Source: Haloquadratum walsbyi C23
GTDB taxonomy: Archaea; Halobacteriota; Halobacteria; Halobacteriales; Haloferacaceae
Assembly: GCF_000237865.1 (NCBI RefSeq)
Contig: NC_017459.1
Span: 420,001 to 452,000, forward strand
Reading direction: 5' to 3'
Length of the DNA stretch: 32,000 nucleotides
Shown: piece by piece, positions 17,819 through 27,565 of the stretch
How the letters are laid out: each line of letters opens with the position of its first letter
How positions within the stretch are numbered: the first letter of the stretch is position 1
The notes under the pieces: model-generated
Database searches by the model: none
Seen by the model: the letters and a program-made list of their open reading frames with translations, nothing else
What the model was told of the DNA's origin: nothing
Program-made: the position numbers and the translations under genes

Positions 17819-19042
17819 ATGGATCGTGATGTGGAGTACGAACCGGTTAATGTCAAGACTATTCTTGCGGAGATGAAAGATACCGCTGAATTACTTATCG
17901 ATCTCTCGTACTCCGCTGTTCTTCATGAGAGTGACGAAATCGCTGATGAGGTTCTCGATCTTGAAGCACGGATGGACCGACTTCAATTACAGGGACGAAT
18001 GAGTCTCCTGATGGCGGCACGTCGTCCAGAGGATGCAGAACAACTCGCTCCTGTTCTTGGCGTGATGGCGGCTGCAGAGAAGATCTCAAATGCTGCTGGT
18101 GATATTGCGAAGGTCGTTGTTGAGGACATCGGTCTTCCAAATGCTATTCGTGGCTCTCTTCCAGGTGCTGTCGAAGTATTAATTCGAGCGACAGTTGAGT
18201 CTGGTTCACGGTACGCTGATCATACTCTCGCCGAAATAAACATGGAGACAGAATCCGGTGTTCGGGTGATTGCAATCCGTCGTAATGCGGTCACTGGAAA
18301 ACAGCAGTGGTTGATAAACCCTGGAGCTGATACACATCTTTATGAGGGCGATTCGGTTCTTCTTCGTGGACCACAAGATGGAGTTGCAACGGTATATGCG
18401 GCTGCCACAGGGGAATCATATGAGCCGCCTGTTGTCACGAAGGAACCGATCGATGATCTTGAGCGTGCTGTCAATTCAATAACACTTATGAAGGATATGA
18501 GTGAACTTGCTGTCGATCTAGCGTATGGAGCAGTATTATTTGAGAGCACAGGAGTCGCAGAGGAAGTAAAAGAATTAGAAGCAGAGGTTGATGCACTCAA
18601 ATCACGGTTTGAGGCATGGACGCTGCGTGCGGCTACCAGACTAGCGGATCCGGTTCGTCTTCGAGGGCTTGTTCATATTGCTTCAGCGACTGAAGTTATC
18701 TCTGATGCTGCATTAGAAATCAGCGAGGGTGTACTTCGGGGAATTGATGCACATCCAGTTGTCGCCGCAGCGGTTGAGGAATCTGATGAAGTCATCGTCC
18801 GACTGTCAGTTGGCGTTGAAAGTCAATTATCTGGTCGAACTCTTGGGGCAGAACAGGTTAAGACCGAAACTGGCATGCGCGTGATTGCCGTTCGACGTGG
18901 TAACGATGATGATGGATGGGTTGTACAGCCAGGACCAAAGACCGAACTCCGTGCGGGTGATACCATCATCGCGAAGGGGACGCGCGCTGGTGCACAGCTG
19001 CTTGGTGATGCAGTCGACGATCCACAGTCATTCGAGGTGTAA
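17819..19042 (+). CDS. tandem PhoU-like / TrkA-C (RCK_C) domain protein (putative transport regulator)
   Basis: Two repeats, each a helical PhoU-like segment (DLSYSAVLHESD..., DLAYGAVLFEST...) followed by RCK_C (..GVRVIAIRR....P......GD.....G). Confidence 0.8.
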   Translation: MDRDVEYEPVNVKTILAEMKDTAELLIDLSYSAVLHESDEIADEVLDLEARMDRLQLQGRMSLLMAARRPEDAEQLAPVLGVMAAAEKISNAAGDIAKVVVEDIGLPNAIRGSLPGAVEVLIRATVESGSRYADHTLAEINMETESGVRVIAIRRNAVTGKQQWLINPGADTHLYEGDSVLLRGPQDGVATVYAAATGESYEPPVVTKEPIDDLERAVNSITLMKDMSELAVDLAYGAVLFESTGVAEEVKELEAEVDALKSRFEAWTLRAATRLADPVRLRGLVHIASATEVISDAALEISEGVLRGIDAHPVVAAAVEESDEVIVRLSVGVESQLSGRTLGAEQVKTETGMRVIAVRRGNDDDGWVVQPGPKTELRAGDTIIAKGTRAGAQLLGDAVDDPQSFEV

Positions 19043-19068
19043 TATCTGTGCTTCTAATTTTCAACATT

Positions 19069-19413
19069 CTATAATTCCCGAATCAACCGGACTGCGCTCA
19101 CAACTGTGAGTATCGTTGTTACAAGCAGTGCTGTTGATGTTGCAAGGACAAATGCAAGCACAATAAACCAACCCTCCGGTCCAACGACTGGATACTGTCG
19201 AGTTCCTGCAAATGGACCAAGGATTTCGAATATACGGGCAACATAAACAATTATTGCCAGCACAATGCCAACAGCAACACCGATAATTGCATTTCGAGGC
19301 ACTTTCAGCGCAGTAATCAGCCCTGATTGTTCTGGACGATCGGGTATCTCGTTGCTCATTATATTCGAAAGATTATCAATGTCGGTATCATCCCACGTAG
19401 GATGCGCACCCAC
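19069..19413 (-). CDS. hypothetical membrane protein (two TM helices)
   Basis: 114 aa, with an acidic N-terminus followed by two long hydrophobic helices. Confidence 0.5.
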   Translation of the reverse strand: MGAHPTWDDTDIDNLSNIMSNEIPDRPEQSGLITALKVPRNAIIGVAVGIVLAIIVYVARIFEILGPFAGTRQYPVVGPEGWFIVLAFVLATSTALLVTTILTVVSAVRLIREL

Positions 19414-19449
19414 TAAATTAAATCGATAGTATACGGTGGAATATTCATC

Positions 19450-20460
19450 GTGAAGGAATCTGACACCGAATCCATAAAGGGAACTGCCACTGACTATTCA
19501 TTAATGACCACACTCGGTACGGCGAGTGCGGCCCCGGGTGAAATTGATACGGGCCGACTTGAGATTGGGGAGACACGTGATGGGACAACTGTTGGGCTCC
19601 CCTGCGCAGTTGTTGAAGGAGCTTCTGATGGACAAACCCTCTATGTACAGGCTGCTTCTGATGGTGATGAATTGAATGGGATTGGTGTATTAAACCGTGT
19701 GATTCCTCAAGTTGATCCGGCTGTTCTCTCTGGGACTGTGCTTGCTGTTGGTATTGTGAATTATCATGGATTTCAGATTGCAGAACATCGAAATCCAATT
19801 GACGACACGAAAATGAATCGAGCGTATCCTGGTAATGAATCTGGAACATCATCAGAGCGGATTGCTGCGGTTACATTCGCAGCCGCGAAGCGGGCGGATC
19901 TTATCTTAGATCTTCATCAGGGGTCAACCTCACAAATGATTGACGAAGTGCGTGTTCGGTGTGGTCGCCGGCATCGACTCCACGATGAATGTCTTGGGCT
20001 TGCAAAAACATTTGGATGCGGCTATGTGTTTGACCAGAAGGGTCCAAACGGTCAACTCGCCCGTGTCGCCCCTGATGAGGGTATTCCAACGGTTGATCCT
20101 GAACTCGGTGGATGTATTGGTTGGGATGGTGAGAGTATTGACATTGGTGTTCGGGGAGTGTTCAATGTCCTTCGTGAATACGGATTTCTCGATGGAACAG
20201 TATCAAAATCTCGTCAAACCCGTGCACGAGGTTTTGATCAATATGGGTCACCAGCCGGTGGATTGATTCAATTCGAAGCTGAACTTGGCGAGCGGATTAA
20301 AACCGGTGACGTACTCTTTGAAGTAACAGACATCTTTGGTGAACTGAAAGCGCGTATTACTGCTGATAACGACGGTGTATTTTGGCGATCACGACGACTT
20401 CCACAGGTCGCGACCGGAGAGTATGTCTGCTCCGTCGGAACGAGCGTTGATTCATATTGA
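19450..20460 (+). CDS. succinylglutamate desuccinylase/aspartoacylase (AstE/AspA) family deacylase
   Basis: Family pattern ..DGDELNG.., MNRAYPG, DLILDLHQG and a C-terminal beta domain. 336 aa, GTG start. Confidence 0.8.
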   Translation: MKESDTESIKGTATDYSLMTTLGTASAAPGEIDTGRLEIGETRDGTTVGLPCAVVEGASDGQTLYVQAASDGDELNGIGVLNRVIPQVDPAVLSGTVLAVGIVNYHGFQIAEHRNPIDDTKMNRAYPGNESGTSSERIAAVTFAAAKRADLILDLHQGSTSQMIDEVRVRCGRRHRLHDECLGLAKTFGCGYVFDQKGPNGQLARVAPDEGIPTVDPELGGCIGWDGESIDIGVRGVFNVLREYGFLDGTVSKSRQTRARGFDQYGSPAGGLIQFEAELGERIKTGDVLFEVTDIFGELKARITADNDGVFWRSRRLPQVATGEYVCSVGTSVDSY

Positions 20461-20467
20461 GAAAATA

Positions 20468-20722
20468 ATGTCAGCATTACCGACATCACTTCAATTATGC
20501 TGTCATGTATGTGGTCAACAATATAACGATAGGTGGGTATGGCGGTGTCATTGTGGTTCGCCCTTGGATTTCGCCGTTTCACAGACTCCAGACGGCGAAC
20601 CACCTGCGTCACCGACATGGAGAGATACCACCGATGGACTTTGGGCATTCACAGACCTGCTTCCGGTTGAGCCTACGGTCTCCCTTGGTGAGGGATTAAC
20701 CCCACTTGTGAACCCACTCTAA
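20468..20722 (+). pseudogene. thrC: threonine synthase, N-terminal fragment
   Basis: MSALPTSLQLCCHVCGQQY..WRCHCGSPLDF (zinc ribbon) ...GLWAFTDLLPVEPTVSLGEGLTPLV, then it breaks. Its ATG lies 8 nt after the preceding stop. Confidence 0.8.
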
Positions 20723-20960
20723 GGTCAAGCCCCGGGGCTTCCTGCCTCAACGACGTTGTCAGACTGCGTCTGACAGCCCACCAGACGGAGTCTGGTGAAC
20801 GCACTTTGCATCCACACGCTCTCGCTGAGGTGTGAACGTAGGGAGCGCAGTCTGCACAGGTCGTTCGAAAATCGAAGATTTTCGTGATCACGAGAGACTT
20901 CGTATCTCGGACGACGTTAATTCGGAGCGTCCCGCCCCTAACTGCTTCAAACCACGATTA
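20723..20960 (-). ncRNA. candidate TnpB-associated omega RNA (right-end RNA) scaffold
   Basis: Hairpins CGAAAATC/GATTTTCG (20866-20884), CACCAGAC/GTCTGGTG (20779-20797) and GTCAGAC/GTCTGAC (20758-20774), plus the palindrome AAGCCCCGGGGCTT (20727-20740), lie between the tnpB 3' end and the thrC junction. Both limits are approximate. Confidence 0.4.
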
Positions 20961-21811
20961 AGAATATTCTTCGCTGCGTTCAACTCACGGTCTTCAGTAT
21001 GACCGCACGCAGGACAGGAGTGCTCTCGCACCCAAATCGGTTTTTCCGTCTCAACACTACACACAGCACACTCTTTGGTCGTCCCTTCCGGTTTCACCTT
21101 CTCAACATGGGTGCCATGTAGGTCAGCCTTGTACTCCAGCAACTCGATAAATCGTGACCACGCGGCATCTTGCTTGTTTTTCGCGTTCTGGCTCGTTTCC
21201 AGCATTGGCTTCACGTCTACGTCTAGGTCTTCGACAGCCACAACGTCGTACTCTTGCACCAGCCACGTCGTGAGTTTGTGCTGGTAGTTACGCATCTTCC
21301 GCTTAATTGCTCGTTTCGCTTGAGCGACCTTTCGGTGTTGCTTCTCCCAGTTACTCGAGCCGTGTTCTTTTCGTGAGAGTTTCCGTTGCTCGCGGGCGTA
21401 ACGGTCGTACTCATCCGACAGGTCAAGTGTACCCACGGACAGGTTTTCAGAGGTGTAGATGTAGCTCGTGATACCGAGGTCAACACCAATACAGTCGTCT
21501 GGGTCAATCTCGGTGAGTGGCGGTTTCTCAGGTGTGTCTTCGACAGTGGTGACGAGTGAGACGTACCACTCACCGGTCGGCTCTTTCTTGAGGATTCCCT
21601 CATCAATATCGCCCGCTGGTGGTACGTCACGATTTGCACGTATTTTGAACCAGCCGATTTTTTCGAGTCGGAGTCGCACGAATCCCTCATCGCCCGTGTT
21701 GTGATCCACGTTGAAGCGACTAGACTGATTGTACGACACCGACCGAAACTCACCACGACCTTGCCAACGCAACCGCCCGACATCGGAGTGAAATATATAT
21801 TCCAGCGTCAA
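20888..21811 (-). mobile_element. tnpB: IS200/IS605-family TnpB (IS1341-type) relic, N-terminally truncated
   Basis: RuvC-I GVDLGI, RuvC-II VAVEDL, zinc finger CAVC...CPACG and RuvC-III DRELNAAKNIL are present. The ~100 N-terminal aa are missing. The first ~10 track codons (TTG start) actually read antisense into thrC, and real homology starts near 21775. The frame stays TnpB-tail-like after the TGA at 20888. Confidence 0.85.
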
Positions 21812-22469
21812 TCAAGCCAGCAAAACGACGGGCAATTGAACGCACTGGGGCAACGCCGATTAGTATCGAAGGATCTCGTGAGCAAGTCACAAAAGCGTGT
21901 ATTGAAACCGTGAAGTCCGATGAGGCGTGGTATGCCTCACATGCATGGAATCCCGCCTTCTTTGCGGAGACAGCAACATTTGCTGAAGTATGTGCACAGC
22001 GTGGATGGAGTGCACCAGACGTCGTTGTAATGCCACTTGGTCACGGTACATTATTCCTTGACGCATATCGTGGCTTTGTTGATCTGTTGAACGCGGGATG
22101 GATTGACTCACTCCCGCGACTCCTTGTGCACAGGCGACTGGACATGCACCAATCGCACGTGAGCTTCATGACATTTCAACAGCGCCGACAAAAGTGAATA
22201 ACCGTGTTGATGGAATCCAGATTGCGGAACCTGTCCGCCGTAAGCAGATCCTTACAGCTATTAATTCCACTGATGGTGATGCAATTGCACTTTCCGCTGA
22301 TGTTGTTGATACGACAGTCGATGCACTTCACGCCCGGGGATTCTATACTGAGCCCACCTGTGCAATTGCCCCGGCTGCACTTGACATCTATCGGGATCGG
22401 GAGATAATTGCAGCTCATGATGATGTTGTGGTTCCACTCACTGGAAGCGGGCTGAAGACGACTATATAA
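21784..22469 (+). pseudogene. thrC: threonine synthase, C-terminal part with an internal frameshift near 22125
   Basis: Frame 1 reads EIYIPASIKPAKRRAIERTGATPISIEGSREQV..WYASHAWNPAFF..PLGHGTLFL..SLPRLL. Then frame 3 reads AQATGHAPIARELHDISTAPTKVNNRVDGIQIAEPVRR...VVPLTGSGLKTTI up to the stop. Confidence 0.8.
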
Positions 22470-22639
22470 CAAATTTTGATGCGTAATCTTCGCTGACACT
22501 CGTTGTATCGATATTTATACTAATATATGGTGTCTTAGAGATATCTAAGAGAAATGCGATTCATCAAACGTGGAGTATATATGATATCAAGAGTATCATT
22601 TCTGTAGATTTAGGACAGTCTACTGCCCCTGATAGGAAT

Positions 22640-23479
22640 TTAATGTTGGTTTTTATCCCAATCAATCCACTCCTGCTCCCACCCAGTTGGTGCAAAATAT
22701 CCACTCTCATCGAATTCAGCGTCTTCACGGACCGTTCGGTTCCGCGCTGGACCATCACCGCTTTCACCTTCAACCAACAGTGGATCTAGTGCGACTGCAC
22801 CCTGTTCAGTAAGTATGTTCCCCTGTGCATCAACAGTTGCAATTGTTTGCGATGGTCCTCCCAATGGAATGACCAATCGCCCATTGGCTGTGAGTTGATT
22901 GAGAAGTGCTTTCGGTGGTTCGAGCGATGCGGCTTCAACGAGAATTCGGTTAAATGGCGCATACTCAGGTAATCCATGTGCACCATCGCGCGTATCAACA
23001 AGAACACCCTCATATCCAGCTACTTCAAGATTTGACCGTGCTGTATGGACAACTTGGCGATTAATATCGATTGCGTGAACATGCCGCTCATCGGTAAGCT
23101 CAGCGAGCACTGCTGCAGTATATCCAACACCAGCACCAACAACAAGCACATCATCTGAGGCTGTTTCATGTGTACTCTCACCCTTGGCTATACTCTTGTC
23201 TGCACTCTCAGGATTTTCCGTGGACTCAGGTGAATTCAACTGGACATTGATATCTGGTTCTGTTGAGATGTGCAGTGCAGTAAGCAATCGTGCAACGACG
23301 CTTGGGGCGAGAATTGTCGTTCCGATATGCTCAGAGGAACTATTCTGATAGGGCGCATCTTCAACAAATGGTTCCCGCGGAACAGTGCGCATTGCATGAG
23401 AAACAGGCGCAGCGACGCTGACATCAAGCTGTGTTTCAACGCTGTTGACCATATCTTCACGGAGTACCGCGGGGTCCAT
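22640..23479 (-). CDS. pcm: protein-L-isoaspartate O-methyltransferase (PIMT) with insert and C-terminal extension
   Basis: SAM motif VLVVGAGVGYTAAVLAE, followed by ILVEAA..PKALLNQLTANGRLVIPLG. 279 aa. Confidence 0.8.
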   Translation of the reverse strand: MDPAVLREDMVNSVETQLDVSVAAPVSHAMRTVPREPFVEDAPYQNSSSEHIGTTILAPSVVARLLTALHISTEPDINVQLNSPESTENPESADKSIAKGESTHETASDDVLVVGAGVGYTAAVLAELTDERHVHAIDINRQVVHTARSNLEVAGYEGVLVDTRDGAHGLPEYAPFNRILVEAASLEPPKALLNQLTANGRLVIPLGGPSQTIATVDAQGNILTEQGAVALDPLLVEGESGDGPARNRTVREDAEFDESGYFAPTGWEQEWIDWDKNQH

Positions 23480-23531
23480 ATGGGTATAATGACGGATGCG
23501 TCCTAATCAACTATACGCTCTGGCGTCTGGT

Positions 23532-23559
23532 GACAGGCGACAAGCGACAAGCGACAGGT
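23532..23559. repeat. four tandem heptamers GACAGGC GACAAGC GACAAGC GACAGGT
   Basis: Read directly, in the 90-bp spacer between the zinc-finger gene stop and the pcm start. Confidence 0.7.
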
Positions 23560-23569
23560 GATGTTACAC

Positions 23570-24235
23570 TCACCACGCTGACCATGCAGACGTTGTCTGG
23601 TCAGTTCCATAGACTCGTTTGATATCTCTTGCGTACACCATGTCACCATCATGCTCAAGCTTCCCATGTCTATATTCTGGCGCGTCCCTTCGAACTTGGA
23701 TTGCCTTGATTAAAAACTCCTCATCACCGAATGACACTGTCTCACCGACTGTGAACTCATGATCTCCCGGCAATTGAATCTCAAAACTCCGTGTCGATTC
23801 ACGCGCTCCCGTTCCTTCTTTCGGATTAACAGTTGCACTCACGGCGACATTATCGATTGCACGAGTCCAGATTGTTCTAATATCTCCAACAGATGCCTCC
23901 TCTGCCCGTTGTTCAGGACCAACTTCAATACCAGTGACTCGAACTAACATGATCGCAGCATCACTATCAACGATGAATTCATCACCAACGGCAATCTGCT
24001 CCTCAGGCGATACCTCTGTCGTCGTTGCAAAGGAATCTCCATCCTGTGAAATAATAACATCGCGTTCAATCTCCTGTTGCGTTTCAGCTGAAACTTTATG
24101 TACATGACCACATGCGGTGCAGCGGACGGTATGTCGTCCTCCACCCTTGCTTAGCACCTCATGTACGGTCGGCTCTGAAGGCGAACAAGAGGGGCATCCA
24201 ACACCACGTCGGTTTTGTGACATACTCATATTCAT
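23570..24235 (-). CDS. conserved haloarchaeal zinc-ribbon protein (HVO_0476-like family, name from memory)
   Basis: N-terminal CPSC...CTACGH ribbon, 221 aa, acidic. It is adjacent to pcm. Confidence 0.7.
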   Translation of the reverse strand: MNMSMSQNRRGVGCPSCSPSEPTVHEVLSKGGGRHTVRCTACGHVHKVSAETQQEIERDVIISQDGDSFATTTEVSPEEQIAVGDEFIVDSDAAIMLVRVTGIEVGPEQRAEEASVGDIRTIWTRAIDNVAVSATVNPKEGTGARESTRSFEIQLPGDHEFTVGETVSFGDEEFLIKAIQVRRDAPEYRHGKLEHDGDMVYARDIKRVYGTDQTTSAWSAW

Positions 24236-24539
24236 AGATATTCTATGGATGGGTAAAAATCCGCCTTTTCAGCAGATTGACTTTGTGAACCTAGCTCACT
24301 CTTCTTTTATTTGTGGAGCCAACAGAGGCTTCGAGTAAAAAACCACGACAATCGAAGTAGGGGCGATGCAATCAGATGTCTGAAAAGATAACTTAGGGTT
24401 CGCTGGTAGGTGGATTGATGACCCGTTGACACAGTACAGAGTTGAACCGTTCAATTAGAGGAATAACCAAAGAGCATGTAGAGATATTGATTTGAACGAT
24501 AGATGATTAATTATCAACAAATATGAATTTTATACGGTC

Positions 24540-25496
24540 TCAGGAAGGAAGTGATACCTTTTCACCATCGACATAAACGGTTGGGTCCTGAATAATTCCA
24601 TCAAGATGTAATGGTGCATCAGTCTCACCACCAATACCAAGATTATCACCAATCGCAACATGAACCGTTCCTGCAGCCTTCTCATCAAGAAGAACCGATC
24701 CACCGAGTGTGCTCACACCAACATTTGTTCCAATCCCCAATTCAGCAAGATTGTATGCAGCATCACCGGCGGTCTCTGCTGCAGTCTCAATTTGATTGCG
24801 AATCGCATCATCGCTTATTCTGCTGACGGTCCCATCTTCCACTTCAAATTCAAGCAGGTCGTCCGGGTCAACTCGACCATGTGGTCGCATTGTGCCGTCG
24901 ACAACATACGTACCTGTTGCTGTTACTGGTGCGGTGAATACCTCTCCAGCAGGAAGATTTGAGAATGACCCAGCAGTATCAATGGATCCTGTGTCCTGAT
25001 ACCACTCTCGCTCACCGGGAGTCACTTTGAGATCTGTTCCTGCAGGTGAGGTGATGCGTATCTCATTTGCGTCTGCAACCTGGTCATAGATATTACGACT
25101 ATGGTCACTAATTGTTTGATAGTCGGCGTCTAATCCTGTCATAAAGACATCTTGTGTGATGCCAGGAAGCGTTGCCCCTCTTGCCCCTGCATCGCAGGCT
25201 TCTCCTCGTGCCCGAGTGTGGCTGATGCTCTTTGTTGTTGGTGCAAAAAACACATCCGCATTTTTCATTGCTGTTGCAACAAACGTTGGTGGCTCTTCAC
25301 CATGCTGTGATCCTGGCGGGTACTGAATTAATGAGACTGTATCACTGATTGTCTGCGCTGCATCAAAGAGCGCCTCGGCGATTGGACGGCGATTGTGATC
25401 TGTAATAATCACACATGACTCTGTAGGCTGGAGCGATGCACACTTCTCAACGGCCGTTGTCGCCGCAGCAGCAAGTTTGGATTTAGACTGATGCAT
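24540..25496 (-). CDS. aminopeptidase-like protein (COG2309 / M29-related)
   Basis: 318 aa. ...NLPAGEVFTAP...VDGT...AELGIGTN...AGTVHVAIGDN... is the pattern of the aminopeptidase T-like family. Confidence 0.6.
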   Translation of the reverse strand: MHQSKSKLAAAATTAVEKCASLQPTESCVIITDHNRRPIAEALFDAAQTISDTVSLIQYPPGSQHGEEPPTFVATAMKNADVFFAPTTKSISHTRARGEACDAGARGATLPGITQDVFMTGLDADYQTISDHSRNIYDQVADANEIRITSPAGTDLKVTPGEREWYQDTGSIDTAGSFSNLPAGEVFTAPVTATGTYVVDGTMRPHGRVDPDDLLEFEVEDGTVSRISDDAIRNQIETAAETAGDAAYNLAELGIGTNVGVSTLGGSVLLDEKAAGTVHVAIGDNLGIGGETDAPLHLDGIIQDPTVYVDGEKVSLPS

Positions 25497-25638
25497 ATCA
25501 TATAATCAGAGCGCTGTCGTGTTATGGATTCGGGTCACTGCGGCTATCATCCAGATATAACACAGTACTCGTCCGGTAGTTAATTTCTCTTTAATATCTT
25601 CGAAATAATTATAGACGTGCTCACTTGATTGTCCAATA

Positions 25639-26712
25639 ATGATACGAGTGGGTGTCAACGGCTATGGGACAATCGGCAAACGTGTCGCCGACGCTGTTGC
25701 GTTGCAACCCGATATGGAAGTCGTCGGCGTCGCAAAGACAAAGCCGAATTTTGAGGCCCACACCGCTGATCAACGCGGTTATGAGATGTATGCTGCAATC
25801 CCAGACCGCGCTCCATTATTTGGGGATGCTGGCGTTGAACTTGCCGGTGCGGTTGATGAATTGGTTGCGGCTGCTGATATCATGATTGACTGTACACCAT
25901 CTGGAATTGGTGCGGAGAATAAATCACTGTATGAATCATACGACACCCCCGCCATTTTTCAGGGTGGTGAAGATGCAACGATTGCTGAGGTGAGCTTCAA
26001 CGCTCGGGCGAATTATGCTGCTGCCTGTGGGACTGATAGCGTTCGAGTTGTTTCATGTAACACTACTGGATTATCACGGGTTATTGCTCCACTTCAGGAA
26101 GCTTATGGGATCGAACAGGTTCGAACGACACTCGTTCGACGTGGTGGTGATCCCAGTCAAAATTCCCGTGGTCCGATTAATGACATTCTGCCAAATCCAA
26201 TCTCAATTCCCTCACATCATGGTCCGGATGTTAAGACGATTTTTCCTGATCTTGCAATTGATACGCTTGGATTAAAAGTTCCAGCAACACTGATGCACGT
26301 GCATGCACTCAATGTAACGCTCAAGTCTGATGTAACTGTAGCACACGTTCGACAGTTGCTTGAAGAAGAATCTCGAATCTATGTTATTAGTGAGGGAATG
26401 GGGATTGACGGCGCTGGAAAACTCAAGGATTTTGCACACGACGCTGGGCGTCCACGGGGAGACATCTGGGAAAACTGCGTTTGGGGTGAATCAATTGCTA
26501 TCTCAGGTCGTGACTTGTATTTCTTCCAAGCAATCCATCAGGAATCAGATGTTATTCCAGAGAATATTGATGCGATTCGAGCAATGACCGAATCAGCAAC
26601 AGCCGCTGAAAGTATTGAATTAACAAACCGAACACTTGGCGTTGGGATTACCGGGTCACCAGTAGGAGTCGTTGATACTGATCACTCTGGAGTTGAGGCT
26701 GCAGATGACTGA
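25639..26712 (+). CDS. gap: type II (archaeal) glyceraldehyde-3-phosphate dehydrogenase
   Basis: [14 protein letters not shown] dinucleotide fold and catalytic SCNTTGL. 357 aa. Confidence 0.95.
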   Translation: MIRVGVNGYGTIGKRVADAVALQPDMEVVGVAKTKPNFEAHTADQRGYEMYAAIPDRAPLFGDAGVELAGAVDELVAAADIMIDCTPSGIGAENKSLYESYDTPAIFQGGEDATIAEVSFNARANYAAACGTDSVRVVSCNTTGLSRVIAPLQEAYGIEQVRTTLVRRGGDPSQNSRGPINDILPNPISIPSHHGPDVKTIFPDLAIDTLGLKVPATLMHVHALNVTLKSDVTVAHVRQLLEEESRIYVISEGMGIDGAGKLKDFAHDAGRPRGDIWENCVWGESIAISGRDLYFFQAIHQESDVIPENIDAIRAMTESATAAESIELTNRTLGVGITGSPVGVVDTDHSGVEAADD

Positions 26713-26800
26713 TTACTATTCGCTCACAGGGTGAGAAATCTGTAAATATACCTCAAATCTGTTCAATTGTTATCATAATGCAACTATTGAAAATGTTGTC

Positions 26801-27328
26801 CTAATTATCATTAGCACTGATCGCATGAACCGTCACTGCATCTGTTGATACTGCATGATTTGTATCATCAGCGCCTGAAATCGGGAGTCCACCTGGATTA
26901 ACATGGACGAGCCATCAGACAGTTCGACTGTTTGTTCATGTGTGTCCGCGAAGGACGTAATCATATTGTCCACATCCAAGCAGCGCATCAACAAGACGCT
27001 CACTGGTCCCATGATACACGGCGATATCAACCGTTGAATCTGAGGATTCGTTTGCATGATTTTCAAGTGATAGATGAGCACTTTCTCCGTGGTACGTTCC
27101 AGACCCGTTTTCGAATCCCTCAATCGTTGACGCCAGTGCCCACTCACCATCATTGTTCCCGCGGACAGCATGCAGAGGTATCCCAGTATCAAACAGTGAC
27201 GCAGTGAACGGCGAGACGATACCACCACAATGGACGATCATATCAACATTAGCACTCGTGAACGTCTCAATAGCCTGTTGAGCAAGCTTGAGATTATCGT
27301 GTGTATCTGAGCAACATCCAATGCGCAT
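26801..27328 (-). pseudogene. MJ0936/YfcE-type metallophosphoesterase disrupted by two nearby frameshifts
   Basis: Motifs SDTHDN, HCGG, GNNDGE and GHT, then TGA. HEQTVELSDG continues in another frame, and LVHVNPGGLPISG...* returns to the original frame and ends at 26801. Confidence 0.7.
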
Positions 27329-27565
27329 TAGTTATTCACTAATTAACCCTTATCTGAATTGACATCTTCCATCGGCAATCGCTGTGACGCTTCAGACAAT
27401 CTCGATTAATTTCATCGGCAGTGCAAGGAGGTCAGCTAACTCATGATGATTGCACATTACCACTTTTGTATACAGATTGAGAGACTCCCTTGATAATTGA
27501 ATGTGACCTCAGCTGGGAATTGACAATTTGTGACACAAATCATTAATTCAATGCATTTCTTATGA

